DNA of 18,567 nt, from the NCBI GenBank assembly GCA_039714075.1, contig JBDLKA010000072.1, forward strand, positions 1-18,567. Reading direction: 5' to 3'. A program made the position numbers and the translations under genes. Source of the DNA: Candidatus Krumholzibacteriota bacterium (GTDB lineage: Bacteria; Krumholzibacteriota; Krumholzibacteriia; LZORAL124-64-63). The notes under the pieces are model-generated. The model made no database searches. It was not told the DNA's origin and saw nothing but the letters and a program-made list of their open reading frames with translations. Shown here one piece after another: positions 1 through 7,964 of the stretch (the first letter of the stretch is position 1; every line of letters begins with the position of its first letter).

Positions 1-978
1 GCCCAGGCGGGAACATCCCCGGCTGGTGAATGGACCGGAACCATGAGAACCCCCGACGGCCGGGAGGTTGAAATCCTCCTCAAACTGGACCAACAGGGGT
101 CGGCCTGGACCGGAACCATGGAAAGTCAGGCCATCGGGGAAACAGTCGTGACCGGCCTGAAGGTGACCGAAACCAGGATCAGTTTCACCTTCAAACCCGA
201 AGGTGCGCCTTTCCCGGCCCACTTCAGCGGCTCCTATATCGCCGGGGACGACCGGGTTACCGGTACCTTGTCCCTGCGCGGCAATAGTCGATTCGTCAAA
301 TTCCACCGGGTTCCGGGCTCCGAACCCGTAGTCCTGGCGCCGGGCGAAGAGCCGCCCGAGCCCGCCCGGATCCGCCATGAGTATAAATTCGCCTTCACCG
401 CCCGGGCCAGCTACTGGGCCGACCTGCACGTGGTCAAGGACGAAGAATACAACATGAACAACCTGACCGTCGGCGACTGGAGCTTCGACGGAACCCTCAG
501 GTACCACCTCTTGGACGGGTTCAACGTTTTTGTCAGGGGTTACCGGGGCGCACAGCGGACCAGCACGAACCAGATGAGGCTGGACGACTACAACGACCTG
601 GGCCTGGTCAGCCAATCCACGTGGAAGCTGGACGGCTACGAATTCGGCGTCATGGGCTACCTGGGCAACATCATGATGCGGGATTCAAAATTCAATCCCT
701 ACCTGACCGCCGCCGGCGGCGTCGTCAATTGGGAACTGACCAGGGCCGAACGCGGCACCAGGGTGCTCTCCCTTGAGGGGCAGCCCTTCGAAGGCAGTGA
801 TCCGGCGGTGGCCGTCGGCATGGGTACCGAATACGAGATCAGCAAGAACATCATGCTGGAATTCGAGTGGCTGTGGCGTTACTTCATGACCGCCGACGAC
901 ACCAAGTGGCCCACCGAAATCTTCAGCAATACCCACGCCTGGGCCTTGTCCTTCGGTGCTACCATCGGGTTTTTCTAG
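1..978 (+). CDS. Outer-membrane beta-barrel domain protein with an N-terminal soluble beta-rich domain (5'-truncated by the window)
   Basis: Frame is open from base 1 (AQAGTSPAGEWTGTM...), so the true start lies upstream; AQA resembles a signal peptidase site. The C-terminal ~200 aa have amphipathic strands typical of OmpA-like/porin-family barrels (KFNPYLTAAGG, VGMGTEYEISKNIMLEFEWLWRY) and end in an aromatic BAM-type signal (WALSFGATIGFF). A Pro-rich linker (PGEEPPEP) separates the two domains. Confidence 0.7.
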   Translation, partial: AQAGTSPAGEWTGTMRTPDGREVEILLKLDQQGSAWTGTMESQAIGETVVTGLKVTETRISFTFKPEGAPFPAHFSGSYIAGDDRVTGTLSLRGNSRFVKFHRVPGSEPVVLAPGEEPPEPARIRHEYKFAFTARASYWADLHVVKDEEYNMNNLTVGDWSFDGTLRYHLLDGFNVFVRGYRGAQRTSTNQMRLDDYNDLGLVSQSTWKLDGYEFGVMGYLGNIMMRDSKFNPYLTAAGGVVNWELTRAERGTRVLSLEGQPFEGSDPAVAVGMGTEYEISKNIMLEFEWLWRYFMTADDTKWPTEIFSNTHAWALSFGATIGFF

Positions 979-1004
979 GATCCGCCGCTCCGGCGCTTCG
1001 ACCT

Positions 1005-1037
1005 GAAAAAGCCTCCCCGACCGGGGAGGCTTTTTTC
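1005..1037. terminator. Bidirectional intrinsic terminator
   Basis: GAAAAA-GCCTCCCC-gacc-GGGGAGGC-TTTTTTC: perfect GC stem with A-tract before and T-tract after, between convergent genes ending at 978 and 1056. Confidence 0.9.
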
Positions 1038-1055
1038 TTGATGGCCTTCCTGGTA

Positions 1056-2411
1056 TCACATCCCCTTTTGAACCGCGTACCATATCAAATCCGTCAGAGG
1101 CAGGATGGGCAGGTCGGGGGCGTCAAGCAGCAGGGCGTCGGCGATCTGCCCCAGACAACCGGGATTGGAAGTCACCACCAGGTCCGCCCCGGCGGCGATC
1201 AGGTTGGCCGCTTTGCGGCGTCCCAGATCCGCGGAAATTTCCGGGTACCGCAACCCCCAGGCTCCACCGCTGCCGCAGCAGACTTCCGCTTCCACGGGTT
1301 CGACCAGTTCCAGACCGGGGATGGCCTGCAGCAATTGGCGGGGCTCGGTGACGATTCCCTGCCCATGCCGGGCATGGCAGGGATCGTGATAGACGACCCT
1401 GAGCGGAACCCGGCCCGCCGGCGGCAGATCCAGGCCCGCCAGCAGGACGGTCGCATCAATCACCTTTTCCTGGAAATCCTCGCCGTATTGCCCGAGTTCA
1501 TGGCTGCAACCGGCCGCCTCGGCGACGATGACCGCACCGGCCGCCAAGGCTCCGGAAAAAGCCTCCCGGTTGCGCCCTCTCAGATCGGCCGCGCGCCCCG
1601 GCCGACCCGTATGGGCGGCCAGGGCGCCGCAACAATCCTGGGTCACGGGTTCCTCGATCCGGCAGCCGGCCTCCACCAGCAGGTCGTGGAGCCGGCGGGA
1701 GGTTCCGGGCAGCAGTGCGGCGTTGGCGCAGCCCCGGAAAAAGGCGATCCGGGGACCGGGACCGGGCTGAAGAGACCTCCCCTCCCCTTGGAGCTCCCCA
1801 CCGCTTTTCCCGCCGCTTTTCCCGCCGGAAAGCCCGTCCAGCATCCGCAACAGTTCCCCGTCTGTGCGGGGGGAGGTGGGCATGGACCCCAACAACCGGA
1901 CCAGTTGCCCCGCCCCGGCCGGGGAGCCGGCCAACCTGTGCCGCCAGGTCCTGCCGGCCAAAGCCGCCAGCAGGCCGCGGGCCAGGCCCGCCACACCGGA
2001 CATGAAGCCAAGGAACCCGGTCCTGTCCAGCCGGCGCAGGACGGATCCCGGAACCGCCGGCCGCGGCAATCCGTCCGCCCGGTCGGTGAGCAGGCCCACG
2101 GCCCGCTGCTGCCCGTATTCCAGCAGGGAAAAGGGGACTCCACTCGGGCAGGCGGTCTCGCAGGCCCGGCAACCGATGCACTGGTCGAAGGCCTGCAGGA
2201 AGACGCCCGGGACCGAAACCGCTTCCGTGGAAGGGAGCATTTCACCCAGCAGCAGCAACCGTCCCCGGGGGGACTGCACCTCGTTGCCGGTGGCCAGCCA
2301 GGTCGCGCAATGGGGCAGGCACAGGCCGCACTGCACACACTGCCGTAACAGGTTGTCGAGCTGCCGCTCCGCTGACACCGTGGCTGTCACCTGCGCGTCA
2401 GGCATTTTCAT
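1056..2411 (-). CDS. glcF: Glycolate/D-lactate oxidase iron-sulfur subunit (GlcF-like): two 4Fe-4S motifs plus two CCG domains
   Basis: CVQCGLCLPHC and CIGCRACETACPSGV ferredoxin motifs; SPRGR; CCG domains FRGC...QDCCGAL...AAGC and YHDPCHARHG...VCCGSGG...SNPGC. Start is 2411 or 2405, overlapping the upstream gene's stop. Confidence 0.85.
   Translation of the reverse strand: MKMPDAQVTATVSAERQLDNLLRQCVQCGLCLPHCATWLATGNEVQSPRGRLLLLGEMLPSTEAVSVPGVFLQAFDQCIGCRACETACPSGVPFSLLEYGQQRAVGLLTDRADGLPRPAVPGSVLRRLDRTGFLGFMSGVAGLARGLLAALAGRTWRHRLAGSPAGAGQLVRLLGSMPTSPRTDGELLRMLDGLSGGKSGGKSGGELQGEGRSLQPGPGPRIAFFRGCANAALLPGTSRRLHDLLVEAGCRIEEPVTQDCCGALAAHTGRPGRAADLRGRNREAFSGALAAGAVIVAEAAGCSHELGQYGEDFQEKVIDATVLLAGLDLPPAGRVPLRVVYHDPCHARHGQGIVTEPRQLLQAIPGLELVEPVEAEVCCGSGGAWGLRYPEISADLGRRKAANLIAAGADLVVTSNPGCLGQIADALLLDAPDLPILPLTDLIWYAVQKGM
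1801..1827. repeat. 12-bp tandem repeat CCGCTTTTCCCG x2 plus partial copy, encoding the SGGK-SGGK-SGGE linker in GlcF
   Basis: Exact copies at 1801-1812 and 1813-1824, in frame with the minus-strand CDS. Confidence 0.85.
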
Positions 2412-4845
2412 CCTCCAGCCAGGGCGGCGTCTCCAGGGCGCCGGAGGGGTCGAACAAGGCCTTCATATCCCGCAGGAAATCCAGGGGCACGCCAGGGGCA
2501 GGAGCACAGGCGGGAAGTATGTGGCCGTCTTTGCAGAAACGATCGGCGTGCCAACCGGCGGATGAACCTGCCGGATCGGGCGACCACACCAGTCGCGGCG
2601 CCGATTGCCAGATCCACCGGTCGATATTTGCGGGCCACATCTTCCGGTCCCCGTCTTCACCGGGCAACCGGGCCAGGAAAGTCCAATCGGGGGAAGAGAG
2701 GGCCCAGTCGGGAATCAGGCCGCTGTCCAGGAATTCACCGGCCCGGCCGAAGTCGAGTTCCAGATGCGAAGCCGGCGGGGAGCCCCCCAGGATGGCCTCC
2801 ATGTCCTTCCCCGCCTGGTCCAGATCCCACGGTCTGCTGCGGCCGGGAAGCAGGACGACCACCTCCGGCTCGGGATTTTCGGTGGAAGCGTCGACGATCA
2901 TCACCGGCCCGCCCAGGCCGTCGTCCCTGGTTGCCAGGTATCGGGCCAAACGGTCGAGATCCGGTTCGCGCCGCTTGCGATCGGCCAAGGGGAAACGCCA
3001 GCAACCGACGCTTTCGGGAACCGGCCGGAGCTGAAAGGTGGCCGCCAGGGGTTGGGCCCAGACACGGCCCGAACCGCACAGCATGTGGACCAGATCGTAA
3101 CCCGCCACGTTCTTGAACACCGGAGCGCCCGCGTGGAAAAGACGCCCCGCACCCGTTTCCGCCCAGAGCTCCAGGAGGAATTGGCGGGCCGTCCCCGTCC
3201 CGCAAAAAGAGGGACCCGCAACAAGATGGGCCACCAGATCCCCCACGGTGCCGGCGGATCCCAGACCGCAGCCCGAGCTGTGGAAAACAGCCCCCACGGG
3301 AATCCAGAACCCCTTGGCGAGGGCGGCCTCCTGGATCCCGGCCAGAGGCGTGTCCGCCGGTGCGGTCACCGTCAGGTTCGCCCATTGGAAAACGGTTTCA
3401 GCAGGGAGAGGTTCGACCGGCCTGAAAGTCGCCTCGGCGCCGGGATGCAGTTTGCCCGGGTTCAGGATCTCCCGGGGATCGAAAATATCCTTTATCCCCC
3501 GCTGCAGGCGCGCGGTTTCGCCGTCGATCTGCCAGGGCAACGCATGGAGTTTTTCGATCCCCACGCCGTGTTCGCCGGTGATGCTGCCCCCCCGGGCCAG
3601 GGTGGCCCGGATGATGTCATCGGCCGCCGCGTGGGCGCGGCGGGTCTGGTCGGGATCACGGTCGTCATAACACACACCGGGGTGCAGGTTGCCGTCCCCG
3701 GCGTGGAAGGCGGTGATGACGTCCACGCCGTGGCCGGCCTTGATGACCTGGATTTCCCGGACCAGCCCCGGCAGTTCACCCAGAGGGACGACAACGTCCA
3801 TGGTCACGTAACTGGGCGTCAAGCGTCCGACGGCGCCGAAGGCCTTCTTGCGGCACTTCCACAGTTCGAGGCGTTCGGCCTCGTCGGCCGCGCGGCGCAC
3901 GTCGCTGGCGCCATGGCCGGCCAGCAGGGCGGCGGCGCGGTCACCATCCTCAACCGTTTCCTGCGGCCGGCCCACGAATTCGACAATCATCGCGGCTTCG
4001 ACGTCGGTGGGAAAACCGAAGCCGAAGGCTTCTTCAACCGCCGCCAGCACGGCCTGGTCCACCATCTCCACCGCCACCGGAGCCAACCCCTCGCCCAACA
4101 GGCCGACCACCGCGCGGGCGGCATCCTCCAGGTCGGGAAAAAACGCCAGCAGGGTGGATACGTCCGCAGGGTCGGCCACCAGCCTGAGGTCGGCCGCCGT
4201 CACCAGACCCAGGGTTCCCTCGCTGCCGCACAACAGCGACAAAAGGTCCAGACCACGCTCCACCGCCAGGCCCCGGCCGGTGCGGTGGAGCCTGCCGTCG
4301 GCGTCGAGCCATTCCAGGTGCAGCAGGTGCTGAAGGGTGACCCCGTGCCGCAGGCAGTGGGGTCCCCCCGCGTTTTCGGCGATGTTGCCGCCGATGCTGG
4401 ACGCGGCCTGGCTGGAGGGATCGGGGGCGAAATGAAGACCGTGGCCGGCGGCATGCCGGGTCACGCCATCGTTCAGGACTCCCGGCTGGACCCGAACCCG
4501 ACCGCCATACGAATCTACAGGGTCGAGGTCGGTCAACCGCGAGGTCCCCACGACGACCGCATCGGGGCCGGGCACCGCGCCTCCGCTCAAACCCGTTCCG
4601 GTGCCGCGGCAAACCACCGGAACCTCAGCCTTGCGGCACAGGCGGATCACCCGGCGGAGTTGCGCCTCATCGGCCGGAAGCGCTACGGCCAAGGGCCGGC
4701 CCCCGGTCAGATGGGAGGCGTCCCGGGAATAGACCAGCCGGATCGCTTCGTCCGCGTGGAATCCGCGTACGCCCAGGATCTCTTGCAGTTCTGCCAAAAA
4801 GGCGGGGGAAGAACCGGATTCCTGGTCAGGTGCGATCCCGGACAT
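2398..4845 (-). CDS. glcD: FAD-linked 2-hydroxyacid oxidoreductase: GlcD-like N-terminal ~467 aa fused to a degenerate GlcE-like C-terminal module
   Basis: GlcD motifs RGTGTGLSGGA, FAPDPSSQ..SIGGNIAENAGGPHCL, GSEGTLG, HAGDGNLHP, ITGEHGVG, FDPREILNPGK. These are followed by GlcE-like LTVTAPADTPLAGIQEA, FKNVAGYDL and a second MKALFDPSG ending. Confidence 0.8.
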   Translation of the reverse strand: MSGIAPDQESGSSPAFLAELQEILGVRGFHADEAIRLVYSRDASHLTGGRPLAVALPADEAQLRRVIRLCRKAEVPVVCRGTGTGLSGGAVPGPDAVVVGTSRLTDLDPVDSYGGRVRVQPGVLNDGVTRHAAGHGLHFAPDPSSQAASSIGGNIAENAGGPHCLRHGVTLQHLLHLEWLDADGRLHRTGRGLAVERGLDLLSLLCGSEGTLGLVTAADLRLVADPADVSTLLAFFPDLEDAARAVVGLLGEGLAPVAVEMVDQAVLAAVEEAFGFGFPTDVEAAMIVEFVGRPQETVEDGDRAAALLAGHGASDVRRAADEAERLELWKCRKKAFGAVGRLTPSYVTMDVVVPLGELPGLVREIQVIKAGHGVDVITAFHAGDGNLHPGVCYDDRDPDQTRRAHAAADDIIRATLARGGSITGEHGVGIEKLHALPWQIDGETARLQRGIKDIFDPREILNPGKLHPGAEATFRPVEPLPAETVFQWANLTVTAPADTPLAGIQEAALAKGFWIPVGAVFHSSGCGLGSAGTVGDLVAHLVAGPSFCGTGTARQFLLELWAETGAGRLFHAGAPVFKNVAGYDLVHMLCGSGRVWAQPLAATFQLRPVPESVGCWRFPLADRKRREPDLDRLARYLATRDDGLGGPVMIVDASTENPEPEVVVLLPGRSRPWDLDQAGKDMEAILGGSPPASHLELDFGRAGEFLDSGLIPDWALSSPDWTFLARLPGEDGDRKMWPANIDRWIWQSAPRLVWSPDPAGSSAGWHADRFCKDGHILPACAPAPGVPLDFLRDMKALFDPSGALETPPWLEDENA

Positions 4846-4849
4846 GGCC

Positions 4850-7800
4850 TCAGCCTTTGGGCACGGGTTTGTGTTCGGCGGAAAGGGCGGGCTTCGGCCG
4901 GCGCCGCCCCGTCAGTTTGCGGGGAATCCTCCCCAGGGCCTCGAAAATGTCTTCGGACAGGGTCGTCGTCGTCGGCAGAAGGATCAGGGTCAGGAACGCG
5001 CTCACGAACAGCCCGCCCATGATCACCAGGGCCATGGAGTAATAGTAGACCCCGCCCAGGGACGGCTTCTGGACCACGATGGGCACCAGGCCGATCAGGG
5101 TCGTCACCGCCGTCATGACGATGGGACGCAGGCGCTCGCGGCCGCCGCGCATCATGGCTTCGGTTCTCTCCATGCCCCGGCGCCGATACTGATTGATGTG
5201 CTCCAGCATGACGATGCCGTTGTTCACCACGATGCCGATCAGCAGAAGAAGACCGATGGCCGCGGGCTGATCGAATGAGGTCCCGGTGAAGTAAAGGGTC
5301 CAGATGGCGCCGGACAGGGCGAAGGGCAACGACACCATCAGGGCCAGGGCCTGCCGGACCGATTCGAAGAGCCCGGCCATGACCGCGAACACCAGCATCA
5401 GCGCCAGCAGAAGGTTGGTCATGAATTCCCGGGACTGTTCCTTGCGGAGCGATTCCCACTGGCCGAAGGTCCAGTTATAACCAAAAGGGAATTCCATTCC
5501 CGCCAGCGCCTGCTCTACCTGGGGGATGTAATCCTCCCGCCTCCCGTCCTGGTAGCGGGCGGTTACCCAGACGCTCGTCAACCGGTTGTCCCGCTGGATG
5601 TGTTCCCGGCCCGGACGCTGATTCAAATCCGCCACCGCGGCCAGGGGCACCTTCTCGCCCTCGGGGGTGTGCATGACCAGGTTCTGGAGCTGGTCCAGGC
5701 TCTCCACTTCCTGCTCGTCCAGGGTCAGGCGCATTTCCCGTTCCCCTTCCGGGGTCCGGAACCGCTGCAGCCTGCGGCCGCGGTAGGTCAGGCCCACCAC
5801 CTGGGAAACCTGGTCCGGGCTGATGTCGTACCGCGCCGCCAGGTCCCGGTCCGGTTCGATATGCAGTTCCTGCTGGGCTTCGGCATGGCGGGTTTCCACG
5901 TCGATCAGGCCGGGGATGGTTTCGATCTTCAGAATGGCCGTTTCCGCCAGCTCCATCAGGACCTGGGTATCCTCCCCCACCAGTTGGAAGGCCACGCGGT
6001 CGCGGCCGCGGTGCCGCCGCCAGCCCATGCTGTTTTCCTGGACCCGCAGCTGGACTCCGGCCAGCTCCGGCAGCAAGCCCCGCAGGGTGTTCCGCACCTG
6101 GTTGATGTTTTCCTCGTTGGCCTCGCCTTCCTCGAGATAGATCCTGGTCAGGGAGAACCGGTCGCTCCAGAAGCTGTAGATCGAACGCGCCATGAGGTCT
6201 TCGCGGTGGGGCTCGAGGACCTGTTCGACCTGGGAAATCACCTTCTCCTTGCGGTCCAGGCTCATCTCCTCGCTGAATTCGTAACGCACCTGGACGAAGA
6301 GCTCGGTCTGGCTGGTGTCGAAGTTCATGTCCACCCGCTGAAAGGGGAAGACGGCCGACCCGACCACCACCAGACCCACCACCGGGCTGATCCACCGGCG
6401 CTTCAGGCTGACCGCCAGCATCCGTTGAAAGACATCTTCCAGCCAGATCATGGCCCTGCCCCTGGGCCGGGGCTTGGACTTGATGTACCACGAGGTGGCC
6501 AGGGGAATGAGCGTCTGGCTGATGAACAGGGAAGCCAGCAGGGTGAGGCAGACGGTGATGCCCAGTTCCTTGAGATAGAGATTCATCTCGCTGGGCTTGT
6601 TGAAGATCAGCGGAATGAACACGATGACCGAAGTCAGGGTCGCGGCGACCACCGCGGTGGTGACCTCGCGGGCGCCCAGGCGGGCGGCGGTCTTGCGGTC
6701 GGCTCCCAGTTCGCGGTGGCGGAAGATGTTTTCCATCACCACGACCGCGTTGTCCACCAGCATCCCGATGCCCACGATCAATCCGAGCAGGGTCAGGGTG
6801 TTGAGTGATTTGCCCTGGGCCCAGACGATGCCGCAGGTCACGATCAGCGAGAAGGGAATGCAGCTGACCGCCACCAGGGTCGTGGAAACCCGCCGCAGGA
6901 ATCCGAAGAGAACCAGGGCCGCCAGGATGGAGCCGAAAATTCCGGTGAAGGTCAGGTCCCTGAGGGTCTTGCGGATTTCCTGTCCCTGGCTGAACCAGAC
7001 CAGGAAGTTGACGCCCTCCAATTCCGGGTCGTCGTTCATGCGGGCGATGGCCGCTTCCAGTTCATCGCAGACCTCGACGGTGTTGGCCTTGGACTCCTGG
7101 GTCACCGTGACCCCGATGGCGAAATGGCCGTCCAGGTGGCGGCCGTATTCCAGCGGCGGTTCCTGGTACACCACGTCCGCGACGTCGGACAGGTGCAGGC
7201 CGTCCGCGCGCAGGGGCAGGTTGCTGATCTGCTCGACATCGCCGAAGGTGCCGATGGTGCGCAGGGTCCAGCGCGAGTCCCGGGAGACGATCTTCCCCAG
7301 GGACTGGTCGAAGTTTCCCGCGCGCAATACGCGGGCCACGTCCCGGACGTCGAGGTTGTGAAGTTCCAGGTCGGCCACCCGCAGGTTGATCCGCACTTCC
7401 CGGGGATTCACCCCGTCCAGACGAACCTGCGCGACCCCGGACACCCTTTCCAGGGGCCGGATGATCTTCCTTTCCAGCAGGTCGTAACTTTCGCTGAGAT
7501 CCCGCGGCGAACTGAGGCGTCCCTCGAGGACCGGCTGGTCCGCGTCACGTGAATCCCAACTGGTCGAGACCTCGATGTCCCCGATGTCCTCCGGCAATTC
7601 CCCCCTGATCCGGTCGATGCGTTCCCACACCTCCACCCGGGCCAGATGCATGTCCACGTCCCAGGAGAAATTCAGCCGGATGCGCCCGCCGTCACTGCCG
7701 CAGCGTGACCACATGCTTTGCAAACCGCGGACGCTGCCGACGGCATCCTCGACCGGACGGACGATCATACGCTCCACCTGTTCGGGTGAAGCATTTTCGT

Positions 7801-7951
7801 AAGGAAGATTTATAAACAGTTCCGGTTCGGTAATATCCGGCATGAAGGCCAGCGGCAGCCGGCCCAGGGCGACCAGTCCGAGGACCACGATGCTCACCAG
7901 CACCATCAAAGTGGTGACGGGCCGTTTGATGGCCAGTTCCGGGAGCGTCAT
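4850..7951 (-). CDS. RND efflux transporter permease subunit (AcrB/AcrD/AcrF family), second of a pair
   Basis: 1033 aa; N-terminal AIKRPV, ASPEQVE..IVRPVE, GMLVDNAVVVMENI (TM4), GIVVNNGIV (TM10), RLRPIVMT (TM11); two large periplasmic loops. Confidence 0.95.
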   Translation of the reverse strand: MTLPELAIKRPVTTLMVLVSIVVLGLVALGRLPLAFMPDITEPELFINLPYENASPEQVERMIVRPVEDAVGSVRGLQSMWSRCGSDGGRIRLNFSWDVDMHLARVEVWERIDRIRGELPEDIGDIEVSTSWDSRDADQPVLEGRLSSPRDLSESYDLLERKIIRPLERVSGVAQVRLDGVNPREVRINLRVADLELHNLDVRDVARVLRAGNFDQSLGKIVSRDSRWTLRTIGTFGDVEQISNLPLRADGLHLSDVADVVYQEPPLEYGRHLDGHFAIGVTVTQESKANTVEVCDELEAAIARMNDDPELEGVNFLVWFSQGQEIRKTLRDLTFTGIFGSILAALVLFGFLRRVSTTLVAVSCIPFSLIVTCGIVWAQGKSLNTLTLLGLIVGIGMLVDNAVVVMENIFRHRELGADRKTAARLGAREVTTAVVAATLTSVIVFIPLIFNKPSEMNLYLKELGITVCLTLLASLFISQTLIPLATSWYIKSKPRPRGRAMIWLEDVFQRMLAVSLKRRWISPVVGLVVVGSAVFPFQRVDMNFDTSQTELFVQVRYEFSEEMSLDRKEKVISQVEQVLEPHREDLMARSIYSFWSDRFSLTRIYLEEGEANEENINQVRNTLRGLLPELAGVQLRVQENSMGWRRHRGRDRVAFQLVGEDTQVLMELAETAILKIETIPGLIDVETRHAEAQQELHIEPDRDLAARYDISPDQVSQVVGLTYRGRRLQRFRTPEGEREMRLTLDEQEVESLDQLQNLVMHTPEGEKVPLAAVADLNQRPGREHIQRDNRLTSVWVTARYQDGRREDYIPQVEQALAGMEFPFGYNWTFGQWESLRKEQSREFMTNLLLALMLVFAVMAGLFESVRQALALMVSLPFALSGAIWTLYFTGTSFDQPAAIGLLLLIGIVVNNGIVMLEHINQYRRRGMERTEAMMRGGRERLRPIVMTAVTTLIGLVPIVVQKPSLGGVYYYSMALVIMGGLFVSAFLTLILLPTTTTLSEDIFEALGRIPRKLTGRRRPKPALSAEHKPVPKG

Positions 7952-7964
7952 ATGCGGCGTCCTC

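Noticed and set aside
1..978. Barrel gene as the missing TolC-type outer-membrane factor of the RND system
   Set aside because: It is a small all-beta barrel with no long helical coiled-coil repeats, and it is on the opposite strand beyond a terminator.
2605..5022. 805-aa plus-strand ORF, and similar long ORFs 867..2348, 5600..6808, 8172..9218, 9783..11258, 12358..13254, 13251..14105, 14746..15753, 15844..16746
   Set aside because: They are antisense shadows of well-supported genes. Stop codons are scarce on the opposite strand at high GC3, and the translations show no recognisable motifs.
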